From NCBI RefSeq assembly GCF_000181795.1, contig NW_003526940.1, forward strand, positions 3,012,497 to 3,076,496: a stretch of DNA of 64,000 bases, written 5' to 3'. Under the pieces are notes generated by a model that was not told where the DNA came from, made no database searches, and was given only the letters and a program-made list of their open reading frames with translations. The translations under genes were made by a program, and so were the position numbers. This stretch comes from Trichinella spiralis (lineage: Eukaryota). Shown one piece after another: positions 40,601 through 54,400 of the stretch. Positions within the stretch are counted from its first letter, which is position 1, and each line of letters begins with the position of its first letter.

Positions 40601-41039
40601 ATACGAACAATATTTACTCCATTCAGTATGGTAAACAAATAAATCTGATTAAAGAGAAAAATTAATACATCGATTAATAAATAATCCTTGTGTGTATTTT
40701 TTTAAATTACAAATTTTATTTAAAAATGTTTATAAAAAATTGCGGTTGTTCTTACGCATGGCTAACATTTTTATCATGGAAAATCAGATGAGACATATAA
40801 GATGTGAAACCCAGCAAACTGATATAGCAATGTCAAACTTGTATGACGATAATACAGCAGCTGGCAAAGATCAAGTAGAAAATGGAATAACTTTTAAAAG
40901 GGCAAAGTAAATTTCTCCATTTCTTTACAAAAAAAAAGACTAATTTAACTTTGATACTACTATGTTTGAAATGTTAACAGTTATTTATTCATAATAGTCA
41001 GTATTTATTAAATTATACGCTAATCAAAGCAATTAAAAT

Positions 41040-42275
41040 TTAAATAAACGTTTCTATCCATGTCAAATAATTCGAAACAGCAGCGAAGACAATTTCTACC
41101 ACACGATCACGTGATGTAAATGTTGACGCCAAAATGGCATACTGTATCCACGTATTATTAACTAAGCAGAACATAGGACTGCCAGAATCTCCCTTAATTG
41201 AAAAAAGCATAACAAGATATAAAATTAAATTTTTAAAAAGTCACAAACATGGAAGTACATCAAAGATATACTGGCCGTTGATTCGTCCATCAGCGCAAAT
41301 TGGCTGTAGCGTAAGAGCAGGTTTTTTCCGACGTTCACATGGGACCACACGAAGTCGCATTTGACTCAAATATTTCCAATGAGGATTAGTATCATCTGTA
41401 CAAGAAAATATTGATAAACAAATCAAATAATAAATTGATAAATAAATAATAATCACTTTAATTTATATATAATTAATAAAGAAAATTGATTCACAATTTA
41501 ACCTCCAATTTTCCCCCATCCTGCTGTATAGCATTCTTGAAAATCAGGCCGGTAATCACGAGACGGCGGTAAGCATATTGGCTGTATGTTATCGGTGAAA
41601 AGCACAGGTGTCGGAAATTTTACTATTGCAATATCAAAAGCTTCAGTCTTCCAAATGAGAAAGTACGGATGAAGAAAATAGTTGTTCGATTTCAACGAAA
41701 TTGTTGAATTACTTTTAATACCCAAGTAATTCAATCCAAATTTTGCATATACAATTCCTTTTGCATGATAGGAGTTCCTTAAAAAAAAGCAAGCTTTATC
41801 ACTCAGTTGAAGCAAACAAACAAACTAATTAAAAAAATGAATTTACGGCTATTTGCATGTAAATAAAAATAGCCCCTTATTTCTGTGTTGACATATTATA
41901 CATTCAATTTACTTATTAAATAGGAAACAATGAGCGCTTGTAAGCACGACATTGGAATAATTAGCAAGTCCATTTGGCATCAAAGTGCCGCTGCACTGGT
42001 TAACGTACATCACATCTCCATAGGACATGTCCAATGTTAAACGAACCATGAATGGCAGAGAATGCTGTTCGGATAAATAGCGCTTCATCCATTTCAATGT
42101 GTACGGATGAGAAAACCGAAAATTCGATTTTACCTTGCCACAATTTTCTAAACTTGATTTGATCTAAACAAGCTTGCACTTTCAAATCTCAAAAGTGAAT
42201 AAACTAAAAAGAACAGATAAATACTTCAGTAATACAGCATAATAATAAGTGAATTAAAATAAAAAATTGCTTCAT
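41040..42275 (-). CDS. Secreted chymotrypsin-fold (S1) serine protease, atypical; possibly pseudogenised
   Basis: Triad motifs CSGTL..VLTSAHC, FDIAIVK and GDSGSP; also IQPICLP, CYTAGWG and C-terminal VSNYLTWI, stop at 41040-41042. A putative signal exon MKQFFILIHLLLCCITE starts at 42275. The exon1-2 and PCL|GDSG junction phases do not fit cleanly. Confidence 0.8.
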
Positions 42276-42818
42276 CTTCCGTATCTGCAGGTTATTACAC
42301 GAAGTATTTGGACTAATTTTCAGATTAACTTGATCGCTCACAGATTTGGCAGCAAGAAATATATTATAAATGGCAAAATGTATTATTATTGCATACCAAA
42401 TTGCACATGGAAATTCCTTCTGTCAACAAAAATTTTCAGTTAGCTCATTAATAGATTTAACTAACCTTTTGAGAACATTAATTTTAAACCAAGATTTAAA
42501 ATCATTCAGTCTTAAAGCCACCCATTTAATTTTAACCAGATTCAATTTTGAATCAATGAACCCACTCTATTTGAGATTAAATACGTTGAAATTTAAAAAC
42601 GGAATAAGTAAGGCAATTAAATACGCCACTTTTTGTTTGCATAAAATTCCATGTTTCGAACATAACTTTCACTTTTGCAAAATGTAGCAAACAACATTAT
42701 TTTAATCAGTCATATTTATTTGTAAAAGCATGTTCAACAAAAAGAAGTTCATCAACAACAATACATATATGAGAAATGAATAATAAACAAATGGAAACTT
42801 CGCAAACTTGAGAAAAAT

Positions 42819-44546
42819 TTAACCCTCATCCGGGCGGCAAATTTTACACCTTAATCCGGACACCTGTCTACATATTTAGACACAAGAAGTTTCGTCATAT
42901 TTATTCCCTGTACGTGATGTTAAAATGATTATTTTTTCAACTACTAATAATAATTTCACAAATAGAATATTTATTTTATTCAATGCAAGCGCTACACGAT
43001 ATATTAGTGATTTTATGGCTGCTATGCATATACTTTTTTACATGAATGGCAGCGGTTTCACGTTGATTTTCGACTTTCCTTCGACGTCCTTGCTCTCGGT
43101 GTTTTGATGGATTTTATCGTTCTATAACTGATATCTGTAACATTTATGATTTTAGGGCAGTCTGTAGTGGATGAAGATATGTTTAGTTTGTGCATAGATT
43201 TTTTCATTTTGATACCTCATTTCGATATGTTGTTTGACCAGCTGAAAGCTCTCTCATAAACGCTTCTTTGTCTTCTGATAACTTTGCTGATGTCTCATCA
43301 ATAAAAATGCGTTGTTGATGCACACCTCAACCATGAAATGCAACATCAGCATGGTGTATCAGCAGTTGGGCTTTTTTTATATCAAAAATCTTCTATTCTT
43401 GCATCCATGCTATCCACACATCCTTTGCCAAGATTATAGCCATTTATGATGTTTGGTCTTTTGTCACACCTCACTGGTTGTCTATTTTGAACTTTGCGTG
43501 GCATGAAATCAACAGAAGAACATTATTGCTGTTTTTCCTTGGCACGTAATTGATCATCGTTATTTTTTTGTTGTGCTCACAAACAGCTAATGTAGAGTAA
43601 AAGATCACGTCGTGCTGCTTTATGCAAACATGCTAGAACATCACGCCGATGTGCAATTCCTGTACCAATAGCTGTAAGATCCTGCTCAAAAAGATGTTTC
43701 ACAGTGGAATATGATGTAAAATAACAGTCCATATAAATGTTTCTGTTAAAAGTTCACAAATGGCTGTGCCAATTGCCCAACTTTGGTGCTTGCTAGACCC
43801 ATTTGTGGTTCTTTACTACTTCTGCCAATATATAACAAACTTTTCAGAGCATAACCATTCTCTGCGTCACATATCCACTTGATCTTCGCACCGCACTTTC
43901 CTGGTCAAATGGTCAATGGGTATGGTAAAATGCAAAAGTGGCCTTCGCAGGTTCGCCACAACCGATTATTTATAGCAATGAATAGCTTCATAATGGATAT
44001 CGCTCATCCAGTTTTTAAAGCTTCTATTAATAACTGACTGTTTTTGTCACATATTCAGCTAATAACAGTGACTCTTAAACAAACATCAAGAAGGTCTGAG
44101 AGCTCTGACAGACACTCATGAAGCATACTGTATTTATCTTTGGTGTTGACACCCTTTTTGTCTAATCTACTCTATAAAATTCAAGGAAACTTTATCGCAG
44201 ATTCCATAAAGCACACGAACATGGACCACATTCAAAAATAATCAATGTGGTAACCTCTGAGCATTTTAGCTACTACAAACATGTGGATTATTTCAGTATA
44301 AGAATAAAAATAAGAGAAAGTGTTATGTGTCTACATATGTAGACACGTGCCCGGAATATGAATAGTAAACATGAAACAATCGTTTAAAAACATCATAGAT
44401 CAAAAGCATTAACTGTGAAGATAGAGCATAAAATTTTATCGAAAGTTTTGGAATGAATAAGGCTAATTATTTTTTTTTTCATATCACAGCACTGCTCCAA
44501 ACATGGTTTGTCTATATATGTAGACAGGTGCCCGGATTAGGGTTAA
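42819..44546 (-). mobile_element. piggyBac-like DNA transposon (~1.72 kb), decayed and internally deleted
   Basis: Left end TTAA-CCCTCATCCGGGC (42819-42835) and right end GCCCGGATTAGGG-TTAA (44530-44546) give a TIR plus TTAA TSD. Minus-strand transposase remnants: PGKCGAKIKWICDAENGY, RNIYMDCYFT, LTAIGT, YNLGKGCVDSMD, and C-terminal CHSC..H..CSAC, all interrupted by stops and frameshifts. Confidence 0.92.
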
Positions 44547-47500
44547 TGCACTCTGTATGAACAACTGGATTCGAGGATGAATTGACAAAAAAGTTATCAA
44601 TACGAATCCAAAAATCTAAAAAACAAATAAAAAACATCATTTAGTGAAAGAATATAATGTACAATTATTTTATTTTTTATAAACATGATCAGTTAAAGTT
44701 TATCAGCACAACATCAATCAGTCGGCCTTTCCTATCAAGAATTTCAATCATCATTATAAATAATGAAAAAGATTAATTAATGCTTGCAATAAGCAAACTA
44801 CATACACATACATAGCAAAATCGTACCAATATAAAATAATTCACTTCTGTCTACATATAAGCGCCTCTGTTTCGGATAAAATCTAAAATTAATTAGAACA
44901 TCACGTTAGCAATTTATTAAATTTCATAAAAAAATCAAATACTTATTTAAAAAGGCCACCTCATATCAATAAACAATTAAACTAATAACCATTCAAAGTA
45001 AACACTTTTAAAACAAATGTAAAATTATTGTAACTGAAAGTAAGCATTAATAATTTACTTTTAGTTAATATTTCATTTCATTTAACTATTACTGCTGATT
45101 AAGATCAACTAGTTGTAACTGATTAGAAACTGATATTTCACAAACTCGGAATAACACAAATTTATCATTACTGAAAAAAGTAATATTAAATGAATACAAG
45201 AGAAACATAAAAACAATTAATTTCTTCATGTTATTGCTCATAATTTCATCGTTAAGATGGATTTTAATAAATTCGCTTAAAACAAGTCTTACTTAATTTA
45301 AAACGCTTGCAAGTGACAAAAACAAGTATTACAATTTATTGTAAAAGCAAACGTTGAACTAAACTGGATTTCAAGATATGACAACAACACACCTACAAAA
45401 CAAATTAAATGTTTTCAAGTAAGAATGAAATAGATAGTAATCAGCCTAGCCCAGTACTTACAAAAATAATTGAATACATATCTAATTGCAAATGAAGAAA
45501 GTGAAAAGTAATAATAAGCAGTTATTAAAGAAAATTTTCTATTATAATCATTTTATCATAGACAAATAAATAAAATGACTAACAAAAGTTCATGAGTATA
45601 AAATAATTTAATAATACAGTATCAGTTTTAAGCAAAGTTTTTTAATTCTAAAATTTTACTTCAAATTAGTGTTTACTAGCGTGTACTGTATATTGAATCT
45701 TAATTTTCTTTTATAGGTGCCGAATTTATTTTTATTAAAAAATTATATGTTCAAGTTTCCAAAATTTTATTAATAAATTTAAAATTTGTAAAGTAACTAC
45801 TTTCTTAATATGCTTTGATAAGTTTACAAAAATCAATAATTCCCTTTTAAAGTTGATTTCAAATGAATGTATGTTGTATTTGCTTAAAAGGTATTGTTTC
45901 ATTATATGACTATCGGAGAATCTTATTACTTTTCTGAAACTAATCAATTACAGTTGTTTTCGGATACAACTCTTCCTGAAATTCCATACTGCCTTTGTAT
46001 TACAGTACATGTGATGGCCCAAAAGTTGTGTGTGGAATCCTGTTTTTAATTATTGTAATGAAAGTTTATTTCCGCTAGGTAAGCTGTTCATTTAGTTTGC
46101 CAGTAATGGTAAAACTTATAAAGGCAAACCTATTTTCGATATTTTATGTTCTTTCTTTGTACTAATTATGTGAATAGGTTGACAAATAGAATTTTTGTAT
46201 TTAGATAAAAATTAATATTGAAATGCTTATTGTGGTGATTTTAAATATTGTTTTATAATATTGCTTGATAAAATTATTTATTATGATCAAGAAATAGTTT
46301 GCCCAACGTAATCTGTTTAGAACAGTCTAGTTAAGAAATTACAAATAGAACACTGCTTCAGTTAAGAAGTAATTGTTATTTATAGTGATTTAAATTGTTT
46401 TAATATAATGAATTTTGGATATTTGTTTGTTCCTATTGATATAAATATTCAATTATTACTTATTGTTATTGTTGAATTGGTTTTATGAATGAATTAAAAA
46501 TTGTCTTATGTGATTGGAAAATAATTGAAATGCACAAATGAAATTTAATTAATCAGTGCTGTGTAATAAAGAAATTATAATATATTTATCCAAGTTTTAA
46601 ATTGTACAAACTGGTTTCAAAAAATGCTATGTTTGAGCAAACTGCAGATAAGTGGTTGAAAAAAAAAACTGATTGTGCAGATTGGCGAATTGCAATAGAC
46701 CTTTAGTTTCCGCTTCCATTTATGTCATTATAAATTGTTTGTTGTTGTTTGGTGTGATTTTTGTCTTCTGTCAGATTGCATATATACATATATATTGTAC
46801 TGGTTATTTTGACGTTTCGTCCTGGCTGTGATTGCTTGCTGCACAGCGATGCAATTTCATTTTTCTAGTTGCAGTTGAATTTCAATCTCTGGTTGGTTCA
46901 ATTTGCAAATTTGATTGTAAATAACACCGTGTGATGATGTTTTTTGTTGTTTCGGTAAAGTTTTCGTTATATTTACATTTTCATCAGTTGTGCATCATTT
47001 TTATTTTACACTTGTGCAGAAATTGATCGATTTTTAATCCGTTTCGTTTTGATCGATAAATTTGATTCGAAATTGATCAAGCTTTGTAATGTATTTCAAC
47101 TGCAATAAGCGTTTTCCATCTAGGCGTTGCAGTCATTCTCAATCTTCACTAGTTGTCATCTATTCAGTTACTATTGGAAGAAAGACTGTTGATTAATTAA
47201 TGGTTCAGTAAATTCTTTCTTTAAATGGAATTTGTTTATCAGAAATTAAGTTTGCATGAAAGCGCGGAAGTGAATATCATTTTATTTTCTAATCGGACTC
47301 GAATTGTTTATAATTTTTAATGTTAATGTTTTATTAAATGTTTAATTAATAAAGAATTGGAAATTTGAATAATTTCTTTTATGAATTCAACTTTCATTGA
47401 ATCGTTAAATCAGTAGTTACCTAATTATCAATTACGGTACGTTTTGCCATTACAATTTGCATTTTTTGAATACGATTATTTTATAACTGTGACAATTTTC

Positions 47501-48495
47501 AACATGAATGGCAGTTTGAAAATAATTGAAACTTTTATTTTTATTATTTTTTAAAAGTCTGAAAAATATATTTTACTTTCTATGTATCAGATTCTTAGAA
47601 TCTGACTTGAAATCACAAATGACATTTTGATCGGAAGCAAATTGTAACGTTGAATCAATAATGCAAAGTCATTATTTTATTACTGACGTAGAAATATCCC
47701 ACTATCAGCAGTATATACAAGTTTATTTTATTTATTTATATATTTTAGAAATTGCTTTGTGTTTTGTTTGTCTCGCAAAGTTATTTTGAACAATGAATGA
47801 ATATTCATGTTTTACTGAACACGAAAAAAAAAACTTTTTCCGCTTCCAGTCTAATGTTATTTTTTATTTGTGCGTAGTCGAGTTGTCATAATGAATAAAA
47901 TGCTTGTTTGCTTTTTAAATTCATTTACAGAGAAAATATTTTTTTCAATCTTGTGGGATTGCTTTGATGAGTAAAAAAAGAGGGAACATGCTGGAGATGG
48001 GTTGTGGTGAATTTTTTAATGTAAAATATGAAATCAGTTATTTTTGCAAAATTTTATTTTCTCGTTCAGCGTTTCTTTGTATTGATTGTAAATGTCCACT
48101 GTTGCATGATAGGGGCAGTTTAAATGAGATATGAGAAAAAAAAAGTAGTGCCGCAAAACAACTTTCAAAACAGGTGCAAGCTAGTTTCCTGCGATGTTGC
48201 AGCTGCTGGTCAGTATGCTGATCTTAGAATGCTTAATTTCACGGTCGATTGTGTTTGTTATTTTCATCGTAGCCTATACTCTTCCATTGAATATCAATAA
48301 TAGAAATTTTGAAAAAAATGTGTTTGTTGTAAATTTTTTTACTCTTGCAGAACTATTTTATTTGTGACTGCTTCAATTTGTGCAGTTATTATTATTATGT
48401 AACATTGTGAATTGAGTGGAACTTTAAATTTTATTTTTATTTCAGCACATACTGCTGTTTGGATTCGGATGTTGTGAAATGGTTGAATTTCCATT

Positions 48496-51400
48496 ATGAG
48501 CGTTCATCAAATTATTACCGGAGCTTTGAACAAAGGCGAAAGTGTATTCTCCGTCGGTGTAATTGAAGGAATCAGTTTTACGGTAAAATTTAAATTTTTT
48601 TAAAAATTATTTCTCAATCTGTTAATTGGTATCATTATTTCTTTTTGTAAATCGAACACAGGCTTGTGCTGTGGGTTGTGATATTGTGATTTTGGATGGC
48701 GAATTTCAACGAGTACAAATTATTCCAGGCTCGTCTACAGGCTTTGTCCAAGTGACTGCGATTGCATGTTGCCAAGAAAGTGGAAAAGTATTGTTATGAA
48801 TTTTGGAAAAAAATTTTTTTTTATTACTAAATTACTTTTGCTTTTTCGTTTGAAGATTGCAGCTGCGTTTTACGATTTCATTCGAATTTATAAGCCATTT
48901 CGTGTATCTGATTCAGATGTTCGACGTCCAGAAAATGTAAATTTATTTATTATTTTCTGTAGCATTTTTTTTCGGATGTTGATAGTTTTAAAGAGACTTT
49001 TACCAAAACAATAATAATAGAACTGAAAATTATATATGTATGTATGTATAATAATTAATTGGATTATTATTTGCAGGGTTTGAACTATCAGTGGTTTGAA
49101 ACGTTCAGTTTTCCGTTCAATTCTTTTGTCACTTGCTTGTCTTGGAATTTGGACGGTATACGGATACTTTCGTATTTCCATGTTTTCTTTAAGAAAAACA
49201 ACAAAATACAATAACACATTTTGCAGGCTTGAGACTTTTGGTTAGTTCGGAAAATGAGTTGCAAATGTTACAGCATCCGATCGTGAACGATCCGTGCAAT
49301 TTGGCCGATTCCAACGTCAACTTTAGTGGAATAAAATTCGGCTTGGAAGCAGAGCTTGATTCGGTTGCCGTGGTAACAAAGCCGTGGAAGTGCATCTGGT
49401 GTTCGAAGTTTGTATTTTGTGGAATAAATTTTAATACTGATATTCCTTTCTGTTTTCTTTTTGAAGAAGAATAAATTCCCCACTGCGTCAGGTGAAATTT
49501 TCTCCAGACAGTGATTTGTTTGCAACGTGCGGAAAAGTGTGGGAAATTTGTTTTTGCGTTAATATTTTTCCAATACAATATCCAATAATTATTCAATAAA
49601 AAACGTTAGGATGATCGAGTGATTCGTGTTTGGTTTCTCGATTCCACCACCGAGGCTAAAAGTGATACGGGCGAAAAGTTGGTCTACAATTACGTTTGCC
49701 TGCAACATCCGAAGCCGGTTGTTGGATTCGAATGGAGAAAATCTGGTCGCTACATGCTCAGGTATGTTTTTTTTTGATTTTGACGGTATATTTTTGTAAA
49801 ACAAACAACACAGGGGCTTGGTGGCAAACGTATTGATAAGCTGGTGTCAGGATCACATTTCTCGAATTTGGTGCGAAACGACATCCATTACGGACGCAGA
49901 TTTGGGGCAGCCGTTGAAAGCAGCCGACACGACCGCTCCCAATCAGTTGGACGACCGTCCAGACGGCCGGGATGTGAGGTGGAAAATATTGCAACGATTC
50001 AAGCACCTCAAGTAAGAAATTAATTAATTAATTAATTAATTAATTTTTTTAATATTTTCCCTTTGCTATTGAGAAAAAAGAAAAAAGCCAAGTTGGATTC
50101 GTCGTTGGTGAACAATTCCGTCCATCCGTTCGGTTTTTCCAACGAATTTTTTTCCACTTCGACGGACGAGCTTGGCGCCGGTGTCCATTTCCACTTGTCG
50201 GCCAGCATCAATCCCAAAACAGGTAAGCAAGCTATTATTGTTGTTGTTGTTGTTCATTTATGCTAATTTAGATTGCTTGCTGGTTCCGTCGATGGATAGC
50301 TTTTCCCAAGATTCAACAATGACCGTTCATTGGTTGAACAACAAAGAGCTGGTCTTTTGCAGAGGGGCGGAAAAAGTGCTCGCTGAAGCTGTTCATTTTG
50401 AAAATTTAACTACCGGTCGTTTGTCGTTGACCGTTGATCAAAAAATGCCACATTCAGAAAGCAGAGGTGTGGTTATAAAAAACGAATCAAAAAAATACTA
50501 CGAGATGATGATGGTTGATTTTCAGGTTCCGATTTGGACCAGTCCAGTACAGTTAGTGTTCCAAGTTCGATTCTATCTCAGGCAATGATAATTTTTTTTG
50601 TTGATAATTTATAATTTCTTTTCTTTTTTATTACTTCTATTCCAGCGCAAAGATTACGTGGATGTGAAGCTCGATTTGCTTTTCCGCGAATGGCAACATT
50701 CTTTTGATGTTCTTTTTGCAATTCATCCGCTTGACGGCAGTTTGCTTGTTTGGTGAATTGTGTGAACGGAGACAGACTGAGCTTCGATTGAATAAATGAA
50801 GCATTTTATTTTTTTACAAATGCATCTTGTTTTTTTTTTACTTCAGGACAGTGGACTATTTGGACAACGTTACAAGGCAGGCGCAGGTGAATTTCGCCTC
50901 ACGATTGCCGGGCGTTTTTCCGCTCACGGACGCCGCGTCGCTTCATCACAATTTGGCAGTGCTGAATTCGACGGGTTCGTTTCCGCTTACTGTATCTGCC
51001 CCGACTTCCAAATCTTCGAGCTCAAGTGATTGTTCTGTTGGTTATTTATTTTGTTTCCAAAAAAAATTAAAACTGTTTTTTCAGGCAATTGCAAATTCAC
51101 TTCCGACTTTTTGGTCGACCAGGAACAACAACATCTGAGCGTTTACTTATTGACAACGCATCACAATGGTACGTTGAATTTGTGGCATTTGAATTTGGAC
51201 GAAAAATCCAACTACAGTCACATATTGAGCATCACGCACAAATCCAGAATGTGTGGCCACAGGTGAAAACAATTCTTTTTTTTTCCTTGAAAAATATCAC
51301 TGCACCATGTATTATTACACTCGATACTGTTTTTCAGATTCATCGTGAAAAGTGTCGCTTGCCATCCAATCTTGCCATTGTTTTTAACCACTAGTCATCA

Positions 51401-54400
51401 CAATGTGCGTAGAAAAAAGTAAGATTGAATTAAAATTTATTTAATACTAATACTAATACTAATAATAATAATAATAATAGATTCGTCGAAGAACAAAATT
51501 TAAAAAAACACTCAATTACAAATTCTGACGTGCAGTTGTTCAACTCGGAATTGATTCTCTGGTATGTGGAACCGGTGGGTCCGTTGAAAAGATCCGGCGG
51601 TGTGTTCGAACTGTCTCGGATAAACAGTTCAGAATTGTCGGCTTTTTCCAGCATCGCTTGGATTCCGAGTGTATTGCCGAGGTATTATTTATTTATCCGA
51701 CATTTTATTTGTTTATTTATTTATGTTTTGATCCTTTTTTTCAGTTCTACTCTTGGACAGACTTGCAATTCGGTTAGCTGTTGTTTCATCGCGTCCGATG
51801 GGCAGTGTTTGCGCATTTACCAGGCAGTATTGGACGCCAAGGCGTTGTTGTCCGATATGAAATTTGCTAAACAGGTATATCAGATCCACCACCATTATTA
51901 TTATTGTTATTAATCTTTATCGTTTGGTCGAGCAAAAATTCATTTTTTGTATTTCATTTCTAAAAATGCATTTTCCATACTTTTTCAGCCATCGATGAGG
52001 AACAATTTGTGTGAAAATTTGAATGTTCGTCGACGCTTTTCAACCGATTTGCCAATGTTGAACATCGTCTCGACACAGTCGACCGCCAGACCCGGTTGCA
52101 TCATCGAATTGGACATGATCGCCGACGCTAGTCATGTATTTCTTTTACATATTATAGTCCACAAAAAAACAGAGAAAACTATTTTTTGAACAAATAAAAA
52201 TTTTCAATAAAATTATCCCTTTTTTTTCAGGAATGGAGGCACGTGCAATTGATGCACGTTTTTCACGAAGAAATTATGCTTGCCAACAACGACGGCTCTC
52301 CTCCTCAGTCGGAACTGTTGGACAGATCCGACGCGACCGCTTTTCACGATCGATTTTACCTCGTATTATTAGAAAGGCGTAAAATAGCCCAAGGATCGAC
52401 AACGTTCATCGTACACATGTGGTTGATTGGACTGTATGTTCACAATGATGAAGGTAATTGTTTTTTTTTTCGTTTCTAATAATTTTCTTTGCTGCATTCT
52501 ATTCAATTTTGTTGTATTTGAAAAATGTTTAGCCAGCTTGAACGACATTGAAGGTCATAATTTCCACCATGGAGATGTTTCATCCAAATTGCACATCTAT
52601 TCGAAAAAGGTAACTAAACAGTAAAATGATAAATAAGGAAAAATGTGTTTTGATTGTTTTGTGATTAATCTTCAGGTATGCTCGCAAGTTTTACCATTGC
52701 CAGAAGGAGTTAAAGTAGTCGACTGTTCACCGAGTGTTGGCCATTTGTCTTCAGCTTCGTTGTATCCATCCTGCAGGGCACCGTATCTTTTAGTAACCGC
52801 TTGTTCGGACAGGAAGTTTCGATTTTGGAAATGCAACGTTGATGATGATAATAATATTAATAATAAGAATCAGAATCAGAATACACCAGTAGCAATGACG
52901 AAATCGTTACGTTACACTTGGATAGAATGGAAAATGGCCAACAGTAAAGGAGGGCCCAGTGAAATTGAAACCGAAGGTAATTTTTCTTCTTTTCGATGAA
53001 GCTTTTTGAATTTTATTTTATTTTATTTTTTATAAAGGCGCCGCTTTGCGCGTCAGCTGTGCATACAGTGGACGAATTGCTTGTGCTTACGATCCGGAAA
53101 TTCCAATGGTCAGTTCTGATGCTAATGTGGAAACGGTGAACGTGAACGTGGCCGTTTATGAATGCGAATCGACCGGCGGTATTGAGTGGGTTGAAGAAAA
53201 TTTGATCCAATTGAAAAACATACGCATACAGCGCATCGCTTATGTTCCCAGCGATGCTGACGCTTTTTCACTGGTACCTTTTCTTTTATACAAATATTAT
53301 TATTGATCGTATTATTTTATCATAGTGGTGGGAACAGTCACCGGATTGGCAGCCGAATTTGTTGGAAAAAAGGCAAAATTCGATGATGCTTCGAATCACT
53401 TCAGCAGCGAACATTTCCACTTTGACAAAGAACACAGTCAAAGGTTGTTACGTGGAAGGAGGAAGCAATGAATTCCGCTGTCGTGATATGGTACGGCTCG
53501 GTTGGGTGTCAGCCGAAGACGGTTCGCATATTTTGACCATCGGCGTTGGTTCGAGCATCTTTTTGTACGCACCAGTGGCCGAAGACGTTGCCCAACATTA
53601 CGTGGCGATGATGAAAGAACCGGAGCAGGGAAATCAGAAGCGACGTGGTCTGTTTCGACGTGCTTCTACCATTGCCACTCGTGTACGGTTGTTTCGAGAA
53701 TTACAGACCAAGCAGTGGATGAAATGGATTTTCTTTTTGTTCCTTTATTTCAGGCAAAGCACATGGTCCGGTGGATATGCTTGCGAAGAGTGGAATTGGA
53801 ATCGGCCGACGGCTTGCCCCCGATGCCTCGGATGTTGAGCTGGGTTCGACACGGTATCATGGTGGTCGGTCTTGATACGGAAATGCGCATCTACAGTCAG
53901 TGGAACATGACTGGTACGTGTGAAGCGAACGACGAGGGTCTGGTGACGTCGAAATCGACAGCCGTTTTTCCGACGGCGATGTCGGCGTTGGATTTGATGC
54001 GCAAAACCGATGCCGGGAGCAAGAAGAGACGCGACGCCAGAGAAGCGCACGGCTCGAAGGAGAAAGTGGCCGAACAGTGGAGCGAGCGGTTTTTGCGTCT
54101 GGTCAGTTTCGAAGGTCTGTTCGAAGCGGCCCGCGTGGCCACGCCTTTGCTTCCCCAATACCATCCCAGGCAGTTGATCGAGCTGATGAAAGCCGGCCAG
54201 ACGAGCATGGTCCACGCGATACTGATGCATGTTTTGAATCAGATACGCAAATACGACGTGCCCAGAACACGGAGATGTGGACCAGCGTTGTCGGAGCTGA
54301 ACCACGATCTCGACTCGGACGACACTGGCAAGGCAATATCCCGTCGACCATCACTCTGCGCTCCGGAAGTTGGCCTGCTGGGCGACGACGGTTCGGCCGA

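Noticed and set aside
44847..44858. Extra ctgtctacatat copy outside the piggyBac
   Set aside because: Only 12 bp with no TIR context; could be chance.
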